Shown piece by piece: positions 11,584-24,900 of a stretch of 64,000 nucleotides of DNA. The notes under the pieces were generated by a model. The model was not told where the DNA came from and made no database searches. It saw only the letters and a program-made list of their open reading frames with translations. Position numbers and translations under genes: made by a program. Position 1 is the stretch's first letter. Each line of letters starts with the position of its first letter. The DNA comes from Auanema rhodensis (taxonomy: Eukaryota > Animalia > Nematoda), in the NCBI GenBank assembly GCA_964057225.1, contig OZ059897.1, positions 248,001 through 312,000 on the forward strand, in the 5' to 3' direction.

Positions 11584-12987
11584 TGTGTTATCAGATTTGC
11601 GCTAGCTTAAAAATGCACCGAGATATCAACTGATATAAGTTCACACTTATATCCTCGATTTTCACCCTGAAGAATTAATTTTTTCGTTGAATAACATTGT
11701 CCATCGTCTTTGCCTTGAATAAAGGAATCTAAAAACATCTACTTTTTGCTAAATTATTTTGAAATTTTTCGAAAAAATTTTTGTCAAAATGTTTTTGGAA
11801 GCATTGTTGAGTGTACATGGAAACTCAACATACACTAATGCATCATTTTTCAAACGATCATAACTAATTTTTGTATTAAGCGTTTCTCAATGTAGTATAG
11901 TGCATTCGATGCGGATTTTTAAGCTGCGTCGATCTGTGTTATCAGATTTGCGCTAGCTTAAAAATGCACCGAGATATCAACTGATATAAGTTCACACTTA
12001 TATCCTCGATTTTCACCCAGAAGAATTAATTTTTTCGTTGAATAACATTGTCCATCGTCTTTGCCTTGAAAAATGGAATCTAAAAACATCTACTTTTTGC
12101 TAAATTATTTTGAAATTTTTCGAAAAAATTTTTGTCAAAATGTTTTTGGAAGCAATGTTGAGTGTACATGGAAACTCAACATACACTAATGCATCATTTT
12201 TCAAACGATCATAACTAATTTTTGTATTAAGCGTTTCTCAATGAAGTATAGTGCATTCGATGCGGATTTTTAAGCTGCGTCGATCTGTGTTATCAGATTT
12301 GCGCTAGCTTAAAAATGCACCGAGATATCAACTGATATATGTTCACACTTATATCCTCGATTTTCACCCTGAAGAATTAATTTTTTCGTTGAATAACATT
12401 GTCCATCGTCTTTGCCTTAAATAAAGGAATCTAAAAACATCTACTTTTTGCTAAATTATTTTGAAATTTTTCGAAAAAATTTTTGTCAAAATGTTTTTGG
12501 AAGCAATGTTGAGTGTACATGGAAACTCAACATACACTAATGCATCATTTTTCAAACGATCATAACTAATTTTTGTATTAAGCGTTTCTCAATGAAGTAT
12601 AGTGCATTCGATGCGGATTTTTAAGCTGCGTCGATCTGTGTTATCAGATTTGCGCTAGCTTAAAAATGCACCGAGATATCAACTGATATATGTTCACACT
12701 TATATCCTCGATTTTCACCCTGAAGAATTAATTTTTTCGTTGAATAACATTGTCCATCGTCTTTGCCTTGAAAAAAGGAATCTAAAAACATCTACTTTTT
12801 GCTAAATTATTTTGAAATTTTTCGAAAAAATTTTTGTCAAAATGTTTTTGGAAGCAATGTTGAGTGTACATGGAAACTCAACATACACTAATGCATCATT
12901 TTTCAAACGATCATAACTAATTTTTGTATTAAGCGTTTCTCAATGAAGTATAGTGCATTCGATGCGGATTTTTAAGCTGCGTCGATC

Positions 12988-15900
12988 TGTGTTATCAGAT
13001 TTGCGCTAGCTTAAAAATGCACCGAGATATCAACTGATATATGTTCACACTTATATCCTCGATTTTCACCCTGAAGAATTAATTTTTTCGTTGAATAACA
13101 TTGTCCATCGTCTTTGCCTTGAAAAAAGGAATCTAAAAACATCTACTTTTTGCTAAATTATTTTGAAATTTTTCGAAAAAATTTTTGTCAAAATGTTTTT
13201 GGAAGCAATGTTGAGTGTACATGGAAACTCAACATACACTAATGCATCATTTTTCAAACGATCATAACTTATTTTTGTATTAAGCGTTTCTCAATGTAGT
13301 ATAGTGCATTCGATGCGGATTTCTAAGCTGCGTCGATCTCTGTTATCAGATTTGCGCTAGCTTAAAAATGCACCGAGATATCAACTGATATAAGTTCACA
13401 CTTATATCCTCGATTTTCACCCTGAAGGAATAATTTTTTCGTTGAATAACATTGTCCATCATCTTTGCCTTGAAAAAAGGAATCTAAAAACATCTACTTT
13501 TTGCTAAATTATTTTGAAATTTTTCGAAAAAATTTTTGTCAAAATGTTTTTGGAAGCAATGTTGAGTGTACATGGAAACTCAACATACACTAATGCATCA
13601 TTTTTCAAACGATCATAACTAATTTTTGTATTAAGCGTTTCTCAATGTAGTATAGTGCATTCGATGCGGATTTTTAAGCTGCGTCGATCTGTGTTATCAG
13701 ATTTGCGCTAGCTTAAAAATGCACCGAGATATCAACTGATATAAGTTCACACTTATATCCTCGATTTTCACCCTGAAGAATTAATTTTTTCGTTGAATAA
13801 CATTGTCCATCGTCTTTGCCTTGAATAAAGGAATCTAAAAACATCTACTTTTTGCTAAATTATTTTGAAATTTTTCGAAAAAATTTTTGTCAAAATGTTT
13901 TTGGAAGCATTGTTGAGTGTACATGGAAACTCAACATACACTAATGCATCATTTTTCAAACGATCATAACTAATTTTTGTATTAAGCGTTTCTCAATGTA
14001 GTATAGTGCATTCGATGCGGATTTTTAAGCTGCGTCGATCTGTGTTATCAGATTTGCGCTAGCTTAAAAATGCACCGAGATATCAACTGATATAAGTTCA
14101 CACTTATATCCTCGATTTTCACCCAGAAGAATTAATTTTTTCGTTGAATAACATTGTCCATCGTCTTTGCCTTGAAAAATGGAATCTAAAAACATCTACT
14201 TTTTGCTAAATTATTTTGAAATTTTTCGAAAAAATTTTTGTCAAAATGTTTTTGGAAGCAATGTTGAGTGTACATGGAAACTCAACATACACTAATGCAT
14301 CATTTTTCAAACGATCATAACTAATTTTTGTATTAAGCGTTTCTCAATGAAGTATAGTGCATTCGATGCGGATTTTTAAGCTGCGTCGATCTGTGTTATC
14401 AGATTTGCGCTAGCTTAAAAATGCACCGAGATATCAACTGATATATGTTCACACTTATATCCTCGATTTTCACCCTGAAGAATTAATTTTTTCGTTGAAT
14501 AACATTGTCCATCGTCTTTGCCTTAAATAAAGGAATCTAAAAACATCTACTTTTTGCTAAATTATTTTGAAATTTTTCGAAAAAATTTTTGTCAAAATGT
14601 TTTTGGAAGCAATGTTGAGTGTACATGGAAACTCAACATACACTAATGCATCATTTTTCAAACGATCATAACTTATTTTTGTATTAAGCGTTTCTCAATG
14701 TAGTATAGTGCATTCGATGCGGATTTCTAAGCTGCGTCGATCTCTGTTATCAGATTTGCGCTAGCTTAAAAATGCACCGAGATATCAACTGATATAAGTT
14801 CACACTTATATCCTCGATTTTCACCCTGAAGAATTAATTTTTTCGTTGAATAACATTGTCCATCGTCTTTGCCTTGAATAAAGGAATCTAAAAACACCTA
14901 CTTTTTGCTAAATTATTTTGAAATTTTTCGAAAAAATTTTTGTCAAAATGTTTTTGGAAGCAATGTTGAGTGTACATGGAAACTCAACATACACTAATGC
15001 ATCATTTTTCAAACGATCATAACTAATTTTTGTATTAAGCGTTTCTCAATGTAGTATAGTGCATTCGATGCGGATTTTTAAGCTGCGTCGATCTGTGTTA
15101 TCAGATTTGCGCTAGCTTAAAAATGCACCGAGATATCAACTGATATAAGTTCACACTTATATCCTCGATTTTCACCCTGAAGGAATAATTTTTTCGTTGA
15201 ATAACATTGTCCATCATCTTTGCCTTGAAAAAAGGAATCTAAAAACATCTACTTTTTGCTAAATTATTTTGAAATTTTTCGAAAAAATTTTTGTCAAAAT
15301 GTTTTTGGAAGCAATGTTGAGTGTACATGGAAACTCAACATACACTAATGCATCATTTTTCAAACGATCATAACTAATTTTTGTATTAAGCGTTTCTCAA
15401 TGTAGTATAGTGCATTCGATGCGGATTTTTAAGCTGCGTCGATCTGTGTTATCAGATTTGCGCTAGCTTAAAAATACACCGAGATATCAACTGATATAAG
15501 TTCACACTTATATCCTCGATTTTCACCCTGAAGGAATAATTTTTTCGTTGAATAACATTGTCCATCATCTTTGCCTTGAAAAAAGGAATCTAAAAACATC
15601 TACTTTTTGCTAAATTATTTTGAAATTTTTCGAAAAAATTTTTGTCAAAATGTTTTTGGAAGCAATGTTGAGTGTACATGGAAACTCAACATACACTAAT
15701 GCATCATTTTTCAAACGATCATAACTAATTTTTGTATTGAGCGTTTCTCAATGTAGTATAGTGCATTCGATGCGGATTTTTAAGCTGCGTCGATCTGTGT
15801 TATCAGATTTGCGCTAGCTTAAAAATGCACCGAGATATCAACTGATATAAGTTCACACTTATATCCTCGATTTTCACCCTGAAGAATTAATTTTTTCGTT

Positions 15901-18900
15901 GAATAACATTGTCCATCGTCTTTGCCTTGAAAAAAGAAATCTAAAAACATCTACTTTTTGCTAAATTATTTTGAAATTTTTCGAAAAAATTTTTGTCAAA
16001 ATGTTTTTGGAAGCAATGTTGAGTGTACATGGAAACTCAACATACACTAATGCATCATTTTTCAAACGATCATAACTAATTTTTGTATTAAGCGTTTCTC
16101 AATGAAGTATAGTGCATTCGATGCGGATTTTTAAGCTGCGTCGATCTGTGTTATCAGATTTGCGCTAGCTTAAAAATGCACCGAGATATCAACTGATATA
16201 TGTTCACACTTATATCCTCGATTTTCACCCTGAAGAATTAATTTTTTCGTTGAATAACATTGTCCATCGTCTTTGCCTTGAAAAAAGGAATCTAAAAACA
16301 TCTACTTTTTGCTAAATTATTTTGAAATTTTTCGAAAAAATTTTTGTCAAAATGTTTTTGGAAGCAATGTTGAGTGTACATGGAAACTCAACATACACTA
16401 ATGCATCATTTTTCAAACGATCATAACTTATTTTTGTATTAAGCGTTTCTCAATGAAGTATAGTGCATTCGATGCGGATTTTTAAGCTGCGTCGATCTGT
16501 GTTATCAGATTTGCGCTAGCTTAAAAATGCACCGAGATATCAACTGATATATGTTCACACTTATATCCTCGATTTTCACCCTGAAGAATTAATTTTTTCG
16601 TTGAATAACATTGTCCATCGTCTTTGCCTTGAAAAAAGGAATCTAAAAACATCTACTTTTTGCTAAATTATTTTGAAATTTTTCGAAAAAATTTTTGTCA
16701 AAATGTTTTTGGAAGCAATGTTGAGTGTACATGGAAACTCAACATACACTAATGCATCATTTTTCAAACGATCATAACTTATTTTTGTATTAAGCGTTTC
16801 TCAATGTAGTATAGTGCATTCGATGCGGATTTCTAAGCTGCGTCGATCTCTGTTATCAGATTTGCGCTAGCTTAAAAATGCACCGAGATATCAACTGATA
16901 TAAGTTCACACTTATATCCTCGATTTTCACCCTGAAGGAATAATTTTTTCGTTGAATAACATTGTCCATCATCTTTGCCTTGAAAAAAGGAATCTAAAAA
17001 CATCTACTTTTTGCTAAATTATTTTGAAATTTTTCGAAAAAATTTTTGTCAAAATGTTTTTGGAAGCAATGTTGAGTGTACATGGAAACTCAACATACAC
17101 TAATGCATCATTTTTCAAACGATCATAACTAATTTTTGTATTAAGCGTTTCTCAATGTAGTATAGTGCATTCGATGCGGATTTTTAAGCTGCGTCGATCT
17201 GTGTTATCAGATTTGCGCTAGCTTAAAAATGCACCGAGATATCAACTGATATAAGTTCACACTTATATCCTCGATTTTCACCCTGAAGAATTAATTTTTT
17301 CGTTGAATAACATTGTCCATCGTCTTTGCCTTGAATAAAGGAATCTAAAAACATCTACTTTTTGCTAAATTATTTTGAAATTTTTCGAAAAAATTTTTGT
17401 CAAAATGTTTTTGGAAGCATTGTTGAGTGTACATGGAAACTCAACATACACTAATGCATCATTTTTCAAACGATCATAACTAATTTTTGTATTAAGCGTT
17501 TCTCAATGTAGTATAGTGCATTCGATGCGGATTTTTAAGCTGCGTCGATCTGTGTTATCAGATTTGCGCTAGCTTAAAAATGCACCGAGATATCAACTGA
17601 TATAAGTTCACACTTATATCCTCGATTTTCACCCAGAAGAATTAATTTTTTCGTTGAATAACATTGTCCATCGTCTTTGCCTTGAAAAATGGAATCTAAA
17701 AACATCTACTTTTTGCTAAATTATTTTGAAATTTTTCGAAAAAATTTTTGTCAAAATGTTTTTGGAAGCAATGTTGAGTGTACATGGAAACTCAACATAC
17801 ACTAATGCATCATTTTTCAAACGATCATAACTAATTTTTGTATTAAGCGTTTCTCAATGAAGTATAGTGCATTCGATGCGGATTTTTAAGCTGCGTCGAT
17901 CTGTGTTATCAGATTTGCGCTAGCTTAAAAATGCACCGAGATATCAACTGATATATGTTCACACTTATATCCTCGATTTTCACCCTGAAGAATTAATTTT
18001 TTCGTTGAATAACATTGTCCATCGTCTTTGCCTTAAATAAAGAAATCTAAAAACATCTACTTTTTGCTAAATTATTTTGAAATTTTTCGAAAAAATTTTT
18101 GTCAAAATGTTTTTGGAAGCAATGTTGAGTGTACATGGAAACTCAACATACACTAATGCATCATTTTTCAAACGATCATAACTTATTTTTGTATTAAGCG
18201 TTTCTCAATGTAGTATAGTGCATTCGATGCGGATTTCTAAGCTGCGTCGATCTCTGTTATCAGATTTGCGCTAGCTTAAAAATGCACCGAGATATCAACT
18301 GATATAAGTTCACACTTATATCCTCGATTTTCACCCTGAAGAATTAATTTTTTCGTTGAATAACATTGTCCATCGTCTTTGCCTTGAATAAAGGAATCTA
18401 AAAACACCTACTTTTTGCTAAATTATTTTGAAATTTTTCGAAAAAATTTTTGTCAAAATGTTTTTGGAAGCAATGTTGAGTGTACATGGAAACTCAACAT
18501 ACACTAATGCATCATTTTTCAAACGATCATAACTAATTTTTGTATTAAGCGTTTCTCAATGTAGTATAGTGCATTCGATGCGGATTTTTAAGCTGCGTCG
18601 ATCTGTGTTATCAGATTTGCGCTAGCTTAAAAATGCACCGAGATATCAACTGATATAAGTTCACACTTATATCCTCGATTTTCACCCTGAAGGAATAATT
18701 TTTTCGTTGAATAACATTGTCCATCATCTTTGCCTTGAAAAAAGGAATCTAAAAACATCTACTTTTTGCTAAATTATTTTGAAATTTTTCGAAAAAATTT
18801 TTGTCAAAATGTTTTTGGAAGCAATGTTGAGTGTACATGGAAACTCAACATACACTAATGCATCATTTTTCAAACGATCATAACTAATTTTTGTATTGAG

Positions 18901-18954
18901 CGTTTCTCAATGTAGTATAGTGCATTCGATGCGGATTTTTAAGCTGCGTCGATC
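12988..18954. repeat. Block duplication at 10-monomer spacing (M38-44 matches M48-54)
   Basis: cccag/aaatgg monomers start at 14041 and 17551 (3510 apart). In both blocks they are followed by ttaaat+acttat+ttctaag and gatctct+cacc monomers. Confidence 0.8.
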
Positions 18955-21900
18955 TGTGTTATCAGATTTGCGCTAGCTTAAAAATGCACCGAGATATCAA
19001 CTGATATAAGTTCACACTTATATCCTCGATTTTCACCCTGAAGAATTAATTTTTTCGTTGAATAACATTGTCCATCGTCTTTGCCTTGAAAAAAGAAATC
19101 TAAAAACATCTACTTTTTGCTAAATTATTTTGAAATTTTTCGAAAAAATTTTTGTCAAAATGTTTTTGGAAGCATTGTTGAGTGTACATGGAAACTCAAC
19201 ATACACTAATGCATCATTTTTCAAACGATCATAACTAATTTTTGTATTAAGCGTTTCTCAATGTAGTAAGTGCATTCGATGCGGATTTTTAAGCTGCGTC
19301 GATCTGTGTTATCAGATTTGCGCTAGCTTAAAAATTCACCGAGATATCAACTGATATAAGTTCACACTTATATCCTCGATTTTCACCCTGAAGGAATAAT
19401 TTTTTCGTTGAATAATATTGTTCATCGTCTTTGCCTTGAAAAAAGGAATCTAAAAACATCTACTTTTTGCTAAATTCTTTTGAAATTTTTCGAAAAAATT
19501 TTTGTCAAAATGTTTTTGGAAGCATTGTTGAGTGTACATGGAAACTCAACATACACTAATGCATCATTTTTCAAACGATCATAACTAGTTTTTGTATTAA
19601 GCCTTTCTCAATGTAGTATAGTGCATTCGATGCGGATTTTTAAGCTGCGTCGATCTCTGTTATCAGATTTGCGCTAGCTTAAAAATGCACCGAGATATCA
19701 ACTGATATAAGTTCACACTTATATCCTCGATTTTCACCCTGAAGGAATAATTTTTTCGTTGAATAACATTGTCCATCGTCTTTGCCTTGAAAAAAGGAAT
19801 CTAAAAACATCTACTTTTTGCTAAATTATTTTGAAATTTTTCGAAAAAATTTTTGTCAAAATGTTTTTGGAAGCATTGTTGAGTGTACATGGAAACTCAA
19901 CATACACTAATGCATCATTTTTCAAACGATCATAACTAATTTTTGTATTAAGCCTTTCTTAATGTAGTATAGTGCATTCGATGCGGATTTTTAAGCTGCG
20001 TCGATCTCTGTTATCAGATTTGCGCTAGCTTAAAAATGCACCGAGATATCAACTGATATAAGTTCACACTTATATCCTCGATTTTCACCCTGAAGAATTA
20101 ATTTTTTCGTTGAATAACATTGTCCATCGTCTTTGCCTTGAATAAAGGAATCTAAAAACATCTACTTTTGGCTAAATTATTTTGAAATTTTTCGAAAAAA
20201 TTTTTGTCAAAATGTTTTTGGAAGCAATGTTGAGTGTACATGGAAACTCAACATACACTAATGCATCATTTTTCAAACGATCATAACTAATTTTTGTATT
20301 GAGCGTTTCTCAATGTAGTATAGTGCATTCGATGCGGATTTTTAAGCTGCGTCGATCTGTGTTATCAGATTTGCGCTAGCTTAAAAATGCACCGAGATAT
20401 CAACTGATATATGTTCACACTTATATCCTCGATTTTCACCCTGAAGAAATAATTTTTTCGTTGAATAACATTGTCCATCGTCTTTGCCTTGAAAAAAGGA
20501 ATCTAAAAACATCTACTCTTTGCTAAATTATTTTGAAATTTTTCGAAAAAATTTTTGTCAAAATGTTTTTGGAAGCATTGTTGAGTGTACATGGAAACTC
20601 AACATACACTAATGCATCATTTTTCAAACGATCATAACTTATTTTTGTATTAAGCGTTTCTCAATGTAGTATAGTGCATTCGATGCGGATTTCTAAGCTG
20701 CGTCGATCTCTGTTATCAGATTTGCGCTAGCTTAAAAATGCACCGAGATATCAACTGATATAAGTTCACACTTATATCCTCGATTTTCACCCTGAAGGAA
20801 TAATTTTTTTGTTGAATAACATTGTCCATAGTCTTTGCCTTGAAAAAAGGAATCTAAAAACATCTACTTTTTGCTAAATTATTTTGAAATTTTTCGAAAA
20901 AATTTTTGTCAAAATGTTTTTGGAAGCATTGTTGAGTGTACATGGAAACTCAACATACACTAATGCATCATTTTTCAAACGATCATAACTAATTTTTGTA
21001 TTGAGCGTTTCTCAATGTAGTATAGTGCATTCGATGCGGATTTCTAAGCTGCGTCGATCTGTGTTATCAGATTTGCGCTAGCTTAAAAATGCACCGAGAT
21101 ATCAACTGATATAAGTTCACACTTATATCCTCGATTTTCACCCTGAAGGAATAATTTTTTCGTTGAATAACATTGTCCATCGTCTTTGCCTTGAAAAAAG
21201 GAATCTAAAAACATCTACTTTTTGCTAAATTATTTTGAAATTTTTCGAAAAAATTTTTGTCAAAATGTTTTTGGAAGCATTGTTGAGTGTACATGGAAAC
21301 TCAACATACACTAATGCATCATTTTTCAAACGATCATAACTAATTTTTGTATTAAGCGTTTCTCAATGTAGTATAGTGCATTCGATGCGGATTTTTAAGC
21401 TGCGTCGATCTGTGTTATCAGATTTGCGCTATCTTAAAAATGCACCGAGATATCAACTGATATAAGTTCACACTTATATCCTCGATTTTCACCCTGAAGA
21501 ATTAATTTTTTCGTTGAATAACATTGTCCATCGTCTTTGCCTTGAATAAAGGAATCTAAAAACACCTACTTTTTGCTAAATTATTTTGAAATTTTTCGAA
21601 AAAATTTTTGTCAAAATGTTTTTGGAAGCAATGTTGAGTGTACATGGAAACTCAACATACACTAATGCATCATTTTTCAAACGATCATAACTAATTTTTG
21701 TATTAAGCGTTTCTCAATGTAGTATAGTGCATTCGATGCGGATTTTTAAGCTGCGTCGATCTGTGTTATCAGATTTGCGCTAGCTTAAAAATACACCGAG
21801 ATATCAACTGATATAAGTTCACACTTATATCCTCGATTTTCACCCTGAAGGAATAATTTTTTCGTTGAATAACATTGTCCATCATCTTTGCCTTGAAAAA

Positions 21901-24900
21901 AGGAATCTAAAAACATCTACTTTTTGCTAAATTATTTTGAAATTTTTCGAAAAAATTTTTGTCAAAATGTTTTTGGAAGCAATGTTGAGTGTACATGGAA
22001 ACTCAACATACACTAATGCATCATTTTTCAAACGATCATAACTAATTTTTGTATTAAGCGTTTCTCAATGTAGTATAGTGCATTCGATGCGGATTTTTAA
22101 GCTGCGTCGATCTGTGTTATCAGATTTGCGCTAGCTTAAAAATACACCGAGATATCAACTGATATAAGTTCACACTTATATCCTCGATTTTCACCCTGAA
22201 GGAATAATTTTTTCGTTGAATAACATTGTCCATCATCTTTGCCTTGAAAAAAGGAATCTAAAAACATCTACTTTTTGCTAAATTATTTTGAAATTTTTCG
22301 AAAAAATTTTTGTCAAAATGTTTTTGGAAGCAATGTTGAGTGTACATGGAAACTCAACATACACTAATGCATCATTTTTCAAACGATCATAACTAATTTT
22401 TGTATTGAGCGTTTCTCAATGTAGTATAGTGCATTCGATGCGGATTTTTAAGCTGCGTCGATCTGTGTTATCAGATTTGCGCTAGCTTAAAAATGCACCG
22501 AGATATCAACTGATATAAGTTCACACTTATATCCTCGATTTTCACCCTGAAGAATTAATTTTTTCGTTGAATAACATTGTCCATCGTCTTTGCCTTGAAA
22601 AAAGAAATCTAAAAACATCTACTTTTTGCTAAATTATTTTGAAATTTTTCGAAAAAATTTTTGTCAAAATGTTTTTGGAAGCATTGTTGAGTGTACATGG
22701 AAACTCAACATACACTAATGCATCATTTTTCAAACGATCATAACTAATTTTTGTATTAAGCGTTTCTCAATGTAGTAAGTGCATTCGATGCGGATTTTTA
22801 AGCTGCGTCGATCTGTGTTATCAGATTTGCGCTAGCTTAAAAATTCGACGAGATATCAACTGATATAAGTTCACACTTATATCCTCGATTTTCACCCTGA
22901 AGGAATAATTTTTTCGTTGAATAATATTGTTCATCGTCTTTGCCTTGAAAAAAGGAATCTAAAAACATCTACTTTTTGCTAAATTCTTTTGAAATTTTTC
23001 GAAAAAATTTTTGTCAAAATGTTTTTGGAAGCATTGTTGAGTGTACATGGAAACTCAACATACACTAATGCATCATTTTTCAAACGATCATAACTAGTTT
23101 TTGTATTAAGCCTTTCTCAATGTAGTATAGTGCATTCGATGCGGATTTTTAAGCTGCGTCGATCTCTGTTATCAGATTTGCGCTAGCTTAAAAATGCACC
23201 GAGATATCAACTGATATAAGTTCACACTTATATCCTCGATTTTCACCCTGAAGGAATAATTTTTTCGTTGAATAACATTGTCCATCGTCTTTGCCTTGAA
23301 AAAAGGAATCTAAAAACATCTACTTTTTGCTAAATTATTTTGAAATTTTTCGAAAAAATTTTTGTCAAAATGTTTTTGGAAGCATTGTTGAGTGTACATG
23401 GAAACTCAACATACACTAATGCATCATTTTTCAAACGATCATAACTAATTTTTGTATTAAGCCTTTCTTAATGTAGTATAGTGCATTCGATGCGGATTTT
23501 TAAGCTGCGTCGATCTCTGTTATCAGATTTGCGCTAGCTTAAAAATGCACCGAGATATCAACTGATATAAGTTCACACTTATATCCTCGATTTTCACCCT
23601 GAAGAATTAATTTTTTCGTTGAATAACATTGTCCATCGTCTTTGCCTTGAATAAAGGAATCTAAAAACATCTACTTTTGGCTAAATTATTTTGAAATTTT
23701 TCGAAAAAATTTTTGTCAAAATGTTTTTGGAAGCAATGTTGAGTGTACATGGAAACTCAACATACACTAATGCATCATTTTTCAAACGATCATAACTAAT
23801 TTTTGTATTGAGCGTTTCTCAATGTAGTATAGTGCATTCGATGCGGATTTTTAAGCTGCGTCGATCTGTGTTATCAGATTTGCGCTAGCTTAAAAATGCA
23901 CCGAGATATCAACTGATATATGTTCACACTTATATCCTCGATTTTCACCCTGAAGGAATAATTTTTTCGTTGAATAACATTGTCCATCGTCTTTGCCTTG
24001 AAAAAAGGAATCTAAAAACATCTACTCTTTGCTAAATTATTTTGAAATTTTTCGAAAAAATTTTTGTCAAAATGTTTTTGGAAGCATTGTTGAGTGTACA
24101 TGGAAACTCAACATACAATAATGCATCATTTTTCAAACGATCATAACTAATTTTTGTATTAAGCGTTTCTCAATGTAGTATAGTGCATTCGATGCGGATT
24201 TTTAAGCTGCGTCGATCTGTGTTATCAGATTTGCGCTAGCTTAAAAATGCACCGAGATATCAACTGATATAAGTTCACACTTATATCCTCGATTTTCACC
24301 CTGAAGGAATAATTTTTTCGTTGAATAACATTGTCCATCATCTTTGCCTTGAAAAAAGGAATCTAAAAACATCTACTTTTTGCTAAATTATTTTGAAATT
24401 TTTCGAAAAAATTTTTGTCAAAATGTTTTTGGAAGCAATGTTGAGTGTACATGGAAACTCAACATACACTAATGCATCATTTTTCAAACGATCATAACTA
24501 ATTTTTGTATTAAGCGTTTCTCAATGTAGTATAGTGCATTCGATGCGGATTTTTAAGCTGCGTCGATCTGTGTTATCAGATTTGCGCTAGCTTAAAAATA
24601 CACCGAGATATCAACTGATATAAGTTCACACTTATATCCTCGATTTTCACCCTGAAGGAATAATTTTTTCGTTGAATAACATTGTCCATCATCTTTGCCT
24701 TGAAAAAAGGAATCTAAAAACATCTACTTTTTGCTAAATTATTTTGAAATTTTTCGAAAAAATTTTTGTCAAAATGTTTTTGGAAGCAATGTTGAGTGTA
24801 CATGGAAACTCAACATACACTAATGCATCATTTTTCAAACGATCATAACTAATTTTTGTATTGAGCGTTTCTCAATGTAGTATAGTGCATTCGATGCGGA

